Shown here piece by piece: positions 26,900-39,261 of a stretch of 64,000 nt of DNA. The position numbers and the translations under genes were made by a program. The stretch covers positions 1 through 64,000 of the forward strand of contig MU271201.1 in assembly GCA_021432655.1 (NCBI GenBank). Reading direction: 5' to 3'. Below the pieces are notes generated by a model. The model saw only the letters and a list, made by a program, of their open reading frames with translations, was not told where the DNA came from and did no database searches. Within the stretch, counting starts at the first letter, position 1. Every line of letters starts with the position of its first letter. This DNA is from Atractiella rhizophila (lineage: Eukaryota).

Positions 26900-28465
26900 A
26901 TGTCCTTAAGCGCCGATACCGGAGCAGGTGATCCGCCCTTTGATTTTGAGGAGAAGATACCCTCCGAGATCCTTCATCTCATATTGTCCTACAACTTCCC
27001 CCAGGTCAACGAACACAGTCACTTCGCTTCTCTCGCTCAAGTCAACAAGAGGTGGTCCGCCGAAATCTCAGGCCGTCTGCTGTCATGGATCTCCATACCT
27101 GTGCACCTGGACCTGGAGAAAGGCGAGAAGCTTATGGGGATGTTAGCTTCCAGCCCGCAGAGAAGGCTTCAAGTCAAATGCGTCGAGGCGGATGGTTCAG
27201 ATTTTGCCTGCAGGCTACTCACGTTGCTTCCAGATCTTCAAACTCTCATTTTGAGCACCGAATCACAAGGGATACTGACGTATACCATTCCGCGTCTTCC
27301 TAATCTCAGCAGATTGGAAGTCAAACTTGCTGCAGTCCAATCGGAAGACTTCTTCCCCAGCCTTCAAGACTGTTGTGTGCTTCGGGATATCGCGCTCAAC
27401 TCGTCATTAGATTGGACAAATGCAATGTCAACAGTAAAATTTGAGAATCTAGAAACACTCAGGCTTCAATTGTGGACCTACAATGAAACGATATTCGACG
27501 CTTTCTTGCCTTCTTGCTCAAAGCTGCGCAATATAACCCTGCGACGAGTTCGGAAGCCGGATTTCAAACTAGTCAATGACCTCCTCACTGCCTGCTGCCA
27601 TCTCGACGTATTCAGCCTCCAGGCAGACTTCCAACGAAGGAATATGACCCCCGTGCACCTCCCTGATTGCCTCAGAATTCTGAATGTAGAGAGCATGCTT
27701 TTCCAGGAGAATGACGAAGGACCGCTAGAGCTTGGGATAGAGATTGGGTGCTTTTTTTCCAACTTAACTGACCATTTGCAGCTCCGAGAGCTGCGTCTCT
27801 CCGGGACGGCAATGAAAGATTGCAAGATGTACGGTCTGCTCCCGAACTTGCAAACTTGTTCTATTGACACGGACGTCGGTCTTGATGCTGATGCCTTGTG
27901 GTTCGACAATACTCGAATGCTTCACGATGCTCAAGAGGAGGTCAAAAAAAGCTATTTATCTTGCCTTGAGCCTTCTTTCCTTCAAGAAAACTTCAGATTC
28001 CTCGTCATTTCCAGCGGCTTTCTAGAAGATTTGAAGACCACGAATAATTTGTTCAAACGGTTGGCGGAGAGACAGCCTCCCATTTCACTCAGTGTGGAAT
28101 TCAGAAACGAGCCCTCGCAGCACTGTGCCGTAATATTTGACGCACTGATGAAGTTCACGATCCTTCATTTATACGGGCTCGGTGTGCCAGGTCGGAAGAC
28201 ACTTCATGTTCTGGACAAGGTGCTGGGTTGTCAAAGCAAGAACATCGTACTTTTCTCTTGTGATATGCACCTCTTCAACTATGTGCAGAGTGGAATGGAA
28301 TGTCCTTTTGAGGACCTCAAAGTGATGATCATCCCATGGGACAATCAGATCCTAGCAGAGAACCAAATGAATTTTTGTAGGAGCAAAGGTGTGGACTTTC
28401 TACGCGCATCCGTTAGTCAATCGGTAGTGACTAGGATCTGCCGGAAATTGGGAATTTGGGATTAA
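26900..28465 (+). CDS. F-box/LRR-like protein, single-exon CDS
   Basis: IPSEILHLILSY...LAQVNKRW F-box followed by LRR-like repeats. Probable 5' UTR intron (GTAAGT at 26832). Confidence 0.8.
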   Translation: MSLSADTGAGDPPFDFEEKIPSEILHLILSYNFPQVNEHSHFASLAQVNKRWSAEISGRLLSWISIPVHLDLEKGEKLMGMLASSPQRRLQVKCVEADGSDFACRLLTLLPDLQTLILSTESQGILTYTIPRLPNLSRLEVKLAAVQSEDFFPSLQDCCVLRDIALNSSLDWTNAMSTVKFENLETLRLQLWTYNETIFDAFLPSCSKLRNITLRRVRKPDFKLVNDLLTACCHLDVFSLQADFQRRNMTPVHLPDCLRILNVESMLFQENDEGPLELGIEIGCFFSNLTDHLQLRELRLSGTAMKDCKMYGLLPNLQTCSIDTDVGLDADALWFDNTRMLHDAQEEVKKSYLSCLEPSFLQENFRFLVISSGFLEDLKTTNNLFKRLAERQPPISLSVEFRNEPSQHCAVIFDALMKFTILHLYGLGVPGRKTLHVLDKVLGCQSKNIVLFSCDMHLFNYVQSGMECPFEDLKVMIIPWDNQILAENQMNFCRSKGVDFLRASVSQSVVTRICRKLGIWD

Positions 28466-29276
28466 GCAATGGTATAAAAGCCATCGCAGACCGGTTAGTC
28501 TTTCATCTTAAAATGCCTCTTCTGTGATAATCTGATCTTGGGCAATGCTGTCATATATTGACCTGTCTCGACCTCAAATTTGCTTTCCTTCTGACATGCT
28601 TCCTCCACCAACATTACGAAGGCGCTTCCTTCAGCTTCAATTCTCTGGTCGATCCCTTCCTCTGCCCCAGCCCCTTTCTCATCAAACATAGTCGCTCCGA
28701 TCACCGAGTTGTGCAACGTCAACAATTTCTCGATAACCTAGTCGGACTCTCATTGACGCGTAGACCCTACTTATCATTCTTCGATGAAGTCAGCTATTTC
28801 CACACAGCGCCAACCGGTCCTTCCCTACAGATTCCATACAGACCGCTCGGCAGTAATAGATGTCGCCTTATGCTGCAACCAACCCTGCAATATTTTCTAG
28901 ACAGCTCGTCGCTCAGTCAGGACCCGCCTTTACAGACTGGGTTTTCATCTTCTCACATCCCCAAGGAAACTGTCAGTTGGAGGTGACAAGTGGAAACATG
29001 ATCACACTCTCTATCGCAAGTCGCCTGCCTTGTCATCGGGACGAAAGGGTATAGGTATTACAGCCCAAAATAATCCGTAACTGATGTCTATTGAGTAACA
29101 CGAAAGCGCAATTCATCCAACTGTTGTGAATGGAAAAAATATGGTCTGGACAAGGCATGTCTCTGATCTATCTATTAAACAGGAGACATGACAAGATTTT
29201 GATTGATGATGTTCTCAAAGGAGAACCCAAGACAAGACATAAAAAGAAATACCAATCGCTCACACGACCCAATAAT

Positions 29277-30923
29277 CTATATGTGCTTCTTGAAAACCCT
29301 CATGTCATTCTCCTCACCTACTTCCCCAAGGAGATGTCGTCTAATGTACGCATTACAAAATATTTTCTCGGGGTCCGCCCTGTCTCTCACGCGCAGGAAA
29401 TCATGGAAACGGGGATATAGTTTCTCGAGCATTGTCCGGCTGCAATTGTGCGCTTTCGCCCAATGCGGTCTTCCTTCATGAGAAAGGAGGAGGGACTCGA
29501 ATGTCCGGAACAGGTGTTTGTATGGCACAGCGAGGCCAAATGGTCTGCGTGTCGATTAAAACTCAGTGTTGAGTAATCGGAATTGTGAGAGGTGAACAGA
29601 TGGACGAACCGATATTGTACCATTCCCACGTACACCTTCCGACCTCCATTTGTCGGGGCAAGCCATGCTTGGTCTTCATCCACTACCCTAACTTCGATAG
29701 GAAAATGATGTCGTCCTTCCTCCTTTTCCAGCCAGCTCCCCATCGCCCTCAATAGCTCGGCCGCACGAGCGACTGGTACGGCTCCCTCGTAGGTGTACTG
29801 AGGGGAACCGATGTCGTAATTGAATATCCCAATGGAGGTATCCACCTTGTTTTCGGGCGATACCTCCGAGCGAAAGTCGAAAGATTTCGTGGAAGGGAGT
29901 GAGGAGGATTGTAGGCGGTACATGAGGGATGCGTGGTAGGGAAGGATTGAGGGGAACGTGCGGGAGATGACGAGAGCTGTTTCGTGGTACTTCGAGGTGA
30001 GATAAGTTTGGATCCGTGAAGAAAAGCTCGGTGGAGGAGAAGGAGGTTGCTTGGTCCTGTTTAGTCGAGAACATTTGACCAAACCGAGATGTGGGAACCA
30101 AAACTGCCTTGCATGTTCACCGCTCTTCAATATCTCTTCTAAATTCTCGACGAAATCGCTGAACGGCATCTCCCACAGCTCCTCACACAAGTTGAATGCA
30201 GGTTCAACTTCTATCTCCACCTCCACGATCACGCTTGTGCATCCGAGCCCGCACAAGCTTGCGAAGAAAAGGTCTGGTTCTTCGGTGGCAGAACAGCGGA
30301 TGACTGAGAGGTTGGAGTCGGCGAGGACGACGGTGAGAGAGCGAACGTAGGATGAGAGCGAGCCGTAGTTCCAGCCTGCGCCGTGTGTAGCGGTGGAGAT
30401 GGCTCCACTCAAGGTCTGATCAGATATGGATCCTAGACAAGAGAGAGCGAGGGGAGGAGATAAGCTGGAGAGAGTGCTGGAGAGGGAAGAGATAGTCATC
30501 CCGCCTTGCACTCTTACCGTGTTGCGAGACGAGTCTTGCTATCGGAATACACAATCAAGTTACTTCCGTCTCTAGCGATGAAAAAGCAAAGCAAAAACAT
30601 ACAGATACGAGAGAGCTCATGCCAGTCATCTCAACGACCACTCCTCCTTTCCCACGGTCTCCTCTCCGCTTATCAAAACTCCTCACCATTCCCAGATCGC
30701 TCGGCGAGTGCGCAGCTCCTCTCACTCTCACTTCCCTCCCTTCCCTCTTACACCACAACAGGATACGCCGCACATCGTCCACGTTTTTCGGCCTGAAAAC
30801 GCGTTCGGGGAGACAACGAAAGGTGCGTGCCCAATTGGACAGCACGTAGGGAGTGACGGATATGCTCTGGAGAGCTGCTTCCAGCTCGTTGTTGGATACC
30901 TCTGGGAGTGGATCGGAGACCAT
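29277..30923 (-). CDS. ALO1: D-arabinono-1,4-lactone oxidase / L-gulonolactone oxidase family
   Basis: NWARTF, GAAHSPSD (FAD-binding His), LGSISDQTLSGAISTATHG, HFPIEVR and GRPHWAK. Two introns. Confidence 0.92.
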
Positions 30924-31511
30924 GGGATTTGGTGGCAGAGGAGGTGGTGATGGGGGAGATGGTTGTTTCGTTTATTAGAAATCAGAGAAATCGTGATGGT
31001 GGCGTGTCGATGGTGAAATTATCGAATCGAGGCAATCGCAATCGATATCCGGCGATTCCGTTCTACCGCCTACTGATAATAACCTCTCCAAACCGGCCGC
31101 CTCCCAATCCAATGCTCCTTCACCTCTTCCGCTAATCACCCTGCTCCAAGAAGAGTCCAAGTGTTGCCTGGCTCCTAAAAATGTCTTTGGTTGATGTTCT
31201 CGTTTTGTTTCTTGAGATCGCAATCTGATTAGGTTGCGTGGTTGTGTGGACATACGCGGTGTTGTTACCGTGCTGGATACACGTGCAATCGTAGTCTGGT
31301 GCGGCACCAACGACGCCCAGAACAATTCGACCACCAAGCACAACATCCACAACATCCTCTCCCACCTCTATGTGCTAGGCTCCATCCAGACCTTCATTTT
31401 CCAGGGTCAGACTGCGACCTCACCACCCCAACCGCTCCGAACGGCTTTGGAACGTGCTGAGAGGCCACTTTGCTTTGGTTTGTTCGTGACGAGGTCAGGT
31501 AGATAGACAGC

Positions 31512-32834
31512 ATGAGGATTCTCAAATCCGCCTACGTCTGTTGGGCAGTTCCATTATTCAATTGGGGGATATATGCCATTCTCGTCCAGTTCGCAGTCAT
31601 TGGGATCACGGTTGGAGCCTTGGCTTTCGCTGCGCCGTCGAGTGCGTCTTCATACCTCTCCTCATTCCATGGCTGTCGTTGTGGCTTTGGTGGATCGCTT
31701 TGGGATATTGTGCTGATAACGCTGCTGCCGTTGTTGCCTCGCGAACAGTCGTATCCGTTTCCATCCCTTCCTTCGGATCCTATCTCTTCGGCATCTGCGC
31801 CATCCTCGTCGGCCTCACGCAGGCAGCAGGGTTCTTTGGAGTCTTCAAAGAAAAACCTGCAATCTTTCGAAAATAGTCCGTCTCCTCCCTTTCTCCTGAA
31901 CACAAAGACAGCTGTTGACTTTACTTTTCGGTTTCCGAACGACGCAGCACATGGGTCAACTCCGGCCTGGTCGCGCTCACCTTCCTCATCGCCCTCATAT
32001 GGATCATCGTCTCCATCACCAACCATTCCGACGCGGTCGATTCTTGCTCAAAACAATTCTCGGAACAGACGTCTGGCAATTCTTCAACCACCGTCCAGGG
32101 CTTCAATGCGAATGATCAGACGGGAGAGACGATTTGTAAGGTGTGGACGTGGGTTCAAGTTGGCGTCATGGCATTCTTATGGGTCGTAGTCGGCCTAACA
32201 GAAGTTCGTCCCTCCTTCCCCTCATATCATAGCATCAGCATCAGGACTGAAATTACGCTGACGACAGTTATACTTCATCCTCAAATCCCGCACCTATTCC
32301 CTCGACCAACGAGAAGCGCACAAACAATACGATACCGTCTTCAACGCCGCAGAAGGAGAGATAATAGCACTAAGAGAGAGCGGGATGTACGATCGCAACT
32401 CCTTCCTCGCCCGAAACAGCAGCGACCTTCCCGCTCCACCCGGGGTCGGGGTCGGGCACGAGCGTTCGTTCTCAAAGAGCAGCGGGCTCCGAAACGAAGT
32501 CCGGTTTCCAGACGGGGGCGACGAGCAGGGAGACGGGTCCAGCGCCGTAGGCGCTGGTGGGAAGGAAGGAAGGCCGAAGAACCACAGGACGGCGAGCGAG
32601 GCGACGATGGGTTCGCAGGCTGGATTGTTGGCCGCGGGGAGCGGTCATCGACCTTATCCGTCCACTTCGACGCAGAGGAGCGCGGAGAGCGAGATGTATG
32701 GTTCTTCCCTGGCTGGGATGAAGGCTTCGACTAGTCAGCGTCAGTTGGCGGTCGAGGATGGTGGTGGAGTCGGATGGGCGCGGGGGAGTGGGGATATGGA
32801 TAGGAAGGATGAGAGCGGGTTTCGTTCTTATTAG
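31512..32834 (+). CDS. Four-TM fungal membrane protein (tetraspanin-like topology) with disordered C-tail
   Basis: Spliced exons give four hydrophobic helices, with two Cys in the loop before TM4 (AVDSC...TICKVWTWVQVG). Confidence 0.7.
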
Positions 32835-33472
32835 ACCGGAGAGCTGGTTCGATAGGTGGGAGTTTAAAAAGTTCAACGTACATACATTTTTCTTTCGACT
32901 TGTTTCTTCTCAATCTCAACATCCACTGTCTTGTGGACTGGACTCGGCACCATCATCTTTCGTTGACATTGACATTCTTCAAGTATTGTTGGACGTTGAA
33001 CATTTTCGTTCGGATTGGATTTGGATTTCAGTCGCTGTCTTCCTAGAGAGAGCTTTGATACATAGGACTATAATTGTACCATCACCATCATTGTGCACGC
33101 CTTTTCATACTCTCTTTCTGTTGACTCTCTGTATAGCTATAGCTATATCATGAATACTGCTGAAGACCTGAAGACATGACATGTCTGCCCAATGCCAAGA
33201 CGAAGAGTCAGGGAGGCGGCTGGAAACAAAACCGAAGTTCGGCTCCCCAGACCATTCCCGCCGTTCCTTTCAGAACAAAGCCAAAGACGACCAACATCAC
33301 TCCTTCCCACCGCCAACTCGTCCCTCCGTAGGTCTCTGCCTCGTTCTCTCTCGGACTCCCAAGAAGCCAAGCGTATCTAAAACCATAAAGGCACGCTTTG
33401 ACGCCACACTCAAAGCGACTCATCGAGCGAACGGAACGTGACACAAAAGAAAACGAGGAAAACGCGAAGAAG

Positions 33473-35987
33473 ATGCCCGTATTCATCCCTCGCGGTTTCG
33501 GTCCTCCAAAGGGACAGAACGTCGCCGGTATCAAGGCGGAAGAGGCGAGCAGCAAGATCAAATCCGGCTCACCCGCCCCTCGCACCTTCACTCCCAACCC
33601 CAACCTCTCCTCTACCAACCGCGCGGGCGGAGGGTCTCCCATCAAAGCTGATCCGTCCGCGAATGAGGAGGAGGATGCGTCGCAATACCATTATTTTACA
33701 CTCAAGTCGATCGCTCCGCCGGCGTCGGGTGGTGCGCTCAAGATTAACGTGATGAGGTTGGGACAGGGGAGTACGAAGGGGTTGAGGGAGAGCGAGGTGG
33801 TGAGGTTGGAGGATGAGGGGAGCTTTGCGCGGCCTATCAAGTTGAATAGGAAGGATTTGAGGGTGGTCAGGGTTAGGGAGGAGAGGTTTGCGAAGAAGTT
33901 GGAGGAGGAGAGGGAGAGGAGGAGGGTCGCTAAGGAGAATGGAGGAGCGGGTGGAGGAGAGGCTGTCAAAAAGGAGGAATTCAAATCGGATGTGCCTTCC
34001 GAAGTGGGGATTGGAGGAGGAGGGGACGGAGCAGAAGCGGCGAAGGAGAGGGCGAAGAATGAATTGAAGAAGAGGTATTTCAAGAAGAAGACGAGGAGGG
34101 TGCACGTCACCTCCGAAGACGCCTGGTCTCTCTCCAAACAAGAGAGCAAATCTTGGATCCTTGAGGACTCATCCGTCCCTCAACAGCGCTGGGAAGGTGT
34201 CCTCGAAGGCGTCCCCAACTCTTCCCTCCTCCCAGGCATCGGAGCCTCTACCCCTGGTAATGTCTCAGGGGGTAATGGTGGCAGCAGTGGAGGGGGAGGG
34301 AAGGGAGGGATCAATTCGGGATGGAGACCTCCCTCGTCTGCCATCGACGCAGGGAGCGGACATGTTTTGTTGGTGTTGGAGAAGGCAAAAGAGGGAGAAG
34401 CGGCTGGAGGATTCAAAGTGTTCCCTGTTCATGGGTTCTATAGGTTCACGAAGAGGGTGGGAGGTGGCAAGACGGGAGAAGAGATCGAGGAGGAGGTGTG
34501 TTCTTCCTCTCTTTCAAAGTCATCGTTCTTCAACATTATCTTCATTCGGTGTGCATAGTTTCAGAATAGGTCCAAACAACGCGCGACCGACACCTGGATC
34601 TCTTCCCGTCCCAAACAACCCATCTCCACCAACACCACAGGCAGCGGTCCTTCGACCGGGCTCTCCACAGACAGGGACATCAAGCCCTTTCCCTCCTCCC
34701 GATCGAAGACGCCAGCTCGACAGGGACAGATGCTGTCTAAGCTCTCTGAGCTCTCTGCGGCCCAAAGAGAGGAGTCAAAGCCATTGGCGAATCGGAAGCT
34801 TCGACACGTGGTCGGGGAGCGGAAGGCGGATGTTGGGCTGGACGGGTTTGGAGACGGAGGCGGTGGGAGGAAAGGTGGGGATAGTGGGATGGAAGGGGAC
34901 TGGGATGAGATGGCGTGGGAGGATGAGGTGTCGGATGATGAGGAGGGGGGGATGGAGGTGGATGCTGATGCACTTGATGAAGAGGAGAGGAGGCAGGCGG
35001 AGGAAAAGTTGAGGAGGGATAGATTGGGAGAGAGGACTGGTGAACATGAGATGTTGTTTAGTGAGGAAGAGGGGGAGGAGAAGAAGAAGGGGAAGGGGAA
35101 GGAGGCGAGGAAGTTGAGGAAGAAGTTGAAGAAGGAGAACGAGGAGTATGACAGTGATGACGAGGAGAGATTCCACAATCCTTTCCTCGACGTACGTCAC
35201 CCTCCCTCTCTCTCTTCTATCCTTTCATGCGCTGATCTTTCTGATGATGATGAAGGATGAATCGTCCTCAGACACGGAAGAAGAGAAAGATAAAGACAAA
35301 GGAAAGGAAAAGGAGAAAGAGAAGGATCGCTCAGATCGAGAGAAACGAGATCGCGATCGCGAGCGCGAACAAAGAGAGAAGGAGCGGGCTGCCCTCCCAC
35401 GCCCTGATCCGAATGTTCCACGTCCTCCGCCTCCCTCTGCCCGTCTCCCCTCTTCCACATCCACACGCACCTCGAGGTCCACGACCCCAACTATAGCCAC
35501 GTCCGCGTCCAACGCGCACCCGCAACGTCCCAACACTCCCAGCTCGCACGCCAACACTCCTCGACCACACTCACCATCCGGAGCGGGCAGCGCCCTCGTG
35601 GCTCGACGAGCGCTCGATCCGTCCAAAAGGGCGGAGAGAGATCGATCGCCTGCCGCGTCGACCACCTCCTCCTCTTCCTCCGTCGCCGCCTCGGGCATGA
35701 CGATGGAGAATAGGAAGCGAAGGTCGGAGAGTGGGGAGTCGTCCGGGAGGGAGAAGAGGAGGAAGAAAGAGAGGTCGGCGTCGGATGAGGCGTTTCCGAA
35801 GCAGACTTTGGCTGAGTTGGAGGCTGAAACGCTCGCGTGGATCAAGCAGAATGATCCAGCTAAACTGAGGGATTTGATGCAGAAATTCATTGGAAGGTAC
35901 AATGCACACGGTGCCAAGTTGGTAGATTATGTGAAGAAGATTGGGAAGAAGGAAGGGGAGTTCATAGTGCTTAAACCTGGAGTTTGA
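33473..35987 (+). CDS. TFG1: Transcription initiation factor IIF large subunit (RAP74/Tfg1)
   Basis: PIKLNRK, FKKKTR, WILED..QRWEG and GFKVFPVHGFYRF motifs, an acidic/charged linker and a C-terminal winged-helix-like segment. Introns at ~34496-34558 and ~35192-35256. Confidence 0.85.
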
Positions 35988-36295
35988 AGGAGGCGCTGAA
36001 TGGAAAGGGTCAAAGTGAATGTTTTCGGTTCACTTGTGCAGTCACAACAGGCTTTGACAACATATCACTTGATCAAAGTTTATTGAAATCGTTAAAGCAG
36101 CTGCTTCTCATTGCGCAGCACTGCTCAGTTGCACTTGAACCTAAGTCTGACTCGACTTCAGTACCTATCCATCACCAACCGCTGGGAATCCGATTGATAC
36201 TAAAATCTGAGGGTCTGAGCCTGACAGGCTGCATAGGATGGTGCCCCTGTTGGTCACAACCCCGCGAGTCCATACTGACATATGCCTGCACAGCT

Positions 36296-37783
36296 ATGGA
36301 TTCCAATATCTTCCCTTTTCGCTCTCTTCCTGCAGAACTCAGAGATGCTATCTTGGAAATTCTCGCTTCTGACAACACGTACGATTGCCTTGCCCTTCAT
36401 TCACTCAGCCTGGTCTGTCACGAATTGCGGGCACATACGATGCCTTACCTTTTTCAAACCATTTTTCTCTCCATAGGTTGCAAGCCCGAGAAGCAAGTGA
36501 AAGAATTTCCCACTAGCTGGTTTTTGCGAACGAGGACTATCAATATTTCCATTCAGGAAGAAGTTTGCCGCGAAGCTTTATCTTGTGTCGGAGAGGAACT
36601 ACTCAGGCAGTCATACGACCAACTTCCGATACTGAGTCAGTTTGTTTACTTGGCCGACTCCCTGCAGGAACTTCTTCTTCGTGCTCCTTCGTTGGAATGT
36701 TTATGTTTCCAAGTCAGAAATAGTCCACCTTCCAATCGTTATTCGCGCCAATACATCAATGATGTAGGCCAACGCTTCCTAGGAGCTTCCTTCGAACACC
36801 TCTTCTCGCTTGTGCGTTTATCCCAACAACCGATCATGCTGAAGATTCAGGTTTTCGATAACGATGCATTTTCTTTCCCACAAGATCGTGATAGGGCACT
36901 CTTTGCTCTCAAAAGAGTGATCCCGAACCCCAAGATACGTGCGGTAGAGCTCTGGACTGACTATTTTGGGGGCCTATATGAGCCCAATGCTTTCGGGGGC
37001 TTGTTGCCACATGGGAACTGCATCTTGGACCGATTGAGTGTCATAGATGATCTGACCCTTGTGATTCCAGCTCTGTTGCAATTTTTCCCTCCTCTGCCTG
37101 CTGTCGGAAACATCCGAAAACTGCATATTCGGAGCTCGCAATCTCACTGGCGAATGAAAGAGAGATGTATGGACTGGACGGCGGTCCTCAGCATCATGCG
37201 CTTATGCTTTGGTACGTTACAAGAACTGGAAGTTTATCATTTTATCGTGACTTTAATGGAACCGTTTCTTGAGCGCACAAAATATCCTCAGTTGAAACGA
37301 GTGACTGTTTGGGATCAACCTAACGAAACGTATTTTCTGCTGCAATATCACGAGAAACTTCGAACAATTTTCGAAGATCTCTCGGCCTCTCCAATCGAAA
37401 CGCTGTTGTGGGAAAGGGAGATAGCAAATTGTGGACTCACGCACGACCAGGTTTATCGTCAAACAGAGGAAACCCTTGGTGAAGATGCTGCCAATCTCAT
37501 CTTTTCTCAAAACAGCGACCCAAATGTTCTCGCTTGTATGGCTGTCAATACTTTGTTGGCCCGGTCCACCCAACAGTTCCCAATGATCGATAACACTACT
37601 GACATCAGCCAAATATTTGGCCTTTGTGGGATTTTTCTCTTGCATGAGCAGAAGATGCAGGGAGCGTGGAAATCTTTGAAGAAGCTAGAGCTCGGCAACG
37701 GCATACGTACGGCGATAACCTCTACTGACGAGGGAATAAAATATTTGAAGGAACTAGCACTGTTGGGAGTTCACAGCTCTTGA
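36296..37783 (+). CDS. F-box-like protein, single-exon CDS
   Basis: FPFRSLPAELRDAIL...LSLVCHELRAHTMPYLFQTI. Branch point and acceptor (CTGAC...CAG) lie just upstream of the ATG. Confidence 0.85.
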   Translation: MDSNIFPFRSLPAELRDAILEILASDNTYDCLALHSLSLVCHELRAHTMPYLFQTIFLSIGCKPEKQVKEFPTSWFLRTRTINISIQEEVCREALSCVGEELLRQSYDQLPILSQFVYLADSLQELLLRAPSLECLCFQVRNSPPSNRYSRQYINDVGQRFLGASFEHLFSLVRLSQQPIMLKIQVFDNDAFSFPQDRDRALFALKRVIPNPKIRAVELWTDYFGGLYEPNAFGGLLPHGNCILDRLSVIDDLTLVIPALLQFFPPLPAVGNIRKLHIRSSQSHWRMKERCMDWTAVLSIMRLCFGTLQELEVYHFIVTLMEPFLERTKYPQLKRVTVWDQPNETYFLLQYHEKLRTIFEDLSASPIETLLWEREIANCGLTHDQVYRQTEETLGEDAANLIFSQNSDPNVLACMAVNTLLARSTQQFPMIDNTTDISQIFGLCGIFLLHEQKMQGAWKSLKKLELGNGIRTAITSTDEGIKYLKELALLGVHSS

Positions 37784-39261
37784 TGGCGAAAATGTTGAAG
37801 GGAGCTTTCTATCATGTTGATCTCATGATAGCGAGAAGAAATATTGGTGTTCTTCACTGTTCGCTTTTTTTGACAGTCTCCACCGTTGTCAGCTTTTCAG
37901 ATGACTAGACAATTTAGAAATTTTCTAGCTTTCCTTTGGTCTCATCAACTCTAACTAGATGGCCCATTCCTTCTGCCCATGCCAAGTTAGCACGGTCCAG
38001 AGCAAACATATGGCGCTTTTCACTGGAATGTTCACGTCCGCAGAATCCTTTGCTTCAACGCTGGACTTTGGAGCGAGCTTGTCGACAGCTTCGCAAACTT
38101 CGTTCAATCTGGAAACCACACCGACCTTTTGCCCTGAGCCGCACGGGGCAAGAAATTCATCCACATTTATCAGGGAAGGTAGGAGGAAGTTTAGGGACGG
38201 ACGTTGCCCCATTCAGATGTGTATGGTAAAGCCTGCTCATCGATCGCAATCCTCGCCCCTGCGAACAGTCTAGATGGACACAGACTCGGCGTCTTTATTT
38301 TCCCTAGGATCTGAGCAAACTTTCTTTCACCTAGCACACGCTGCTTCAAATTCTGGACTTCTCTACGTCTACATCCATCCCAGAGAAGCCTAAGCGTGCA
38401 GCCCAGCGTTTGGCATATCATTCTCTTCCAAACGGTTCAATTTCATTCGCACAGTTTGGTCTCTATTCCTCTTATTGATTACGGTTGAAATGGTTCGAAT
38501 CTCTACGTTTCGTCGAATTTTCAAGTTTCGTCATGTCTTCAAGTTCCGTGGGTTCTCAAAACACCGCAAACAGCGTATCGTAGCTTTTTCATTCTTCTCA
38601 TATGACATCCATTTATGAGCTCTACAGGACCGAGCCCCGACCGCACTCCTTCATCTCCTTGTCCCAGAAGGTAGCATCGATGTGATCCAGCTTTCCATTC
38701 TTCCATCGTTCCTACCTTGCCTACCTCAATCAACTCACACTACAGAGTTTCTGGTCCGTGACGCAAGGAATTTGGGAGTCCGGTGATGGGCCATTTGGAC
38801 TTTTCCATATGACACTTTGAAAACGACGATTGGAAGATCAAACTCTTGCCTCACCTGACGACTCGAGAAAGCACCTGCGCACACAATTCAGGGTATTCAT
38901 GCACCCCGCCAATAGCTTGGACTCGATCTGGGATGATAACATGTCAGCCACAGGTCCATCAAGTGCTCTGGAGATATGGCTGCAACTTTCTGGCCCAGAG
39001 GTCTCACAAGAACAACTCTACTTTCAGGATATGGACGGGTTTTAGATTAATCTGCAGTATATGCAATGCTATAGTGCAACACGGTCGCATTGCAACCAAA
39101 CCGGTCAGCCACTCCTGCTACAGAGCTCGCACCTGTACCAATGTGGCCTGAACGCGTAGTGCGAGGTCATATTGAGACGTAACTGAAGAACAGAATGATG
39201 AGAATCGAGCCATCTGAGTTATTACAGCCCAAAAAAACGATACTCACCTCCGTTACGTTTC

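Noticed and set aside
33569..35917. Multiple long antisense and alternate-frame ORFs over TFG1
   Set aside because: By-product of purine-rich low-complexity coding sequence that lacks stops on the other strand.
38491..38505. GGTTCGAATC T-loop-like motif (also GGTTCGAAC near 14562)
   Set aside because: No cloverleaf or acceptor stem around either, so not tRNAs.
29056..39234. Shared 15-mer TATTACAGCCCAAAA downstream of two minus-strand genes
   Set aside because: A single 15-bp match is roughly expected by chance in 64 kb, and the flanks do not align.
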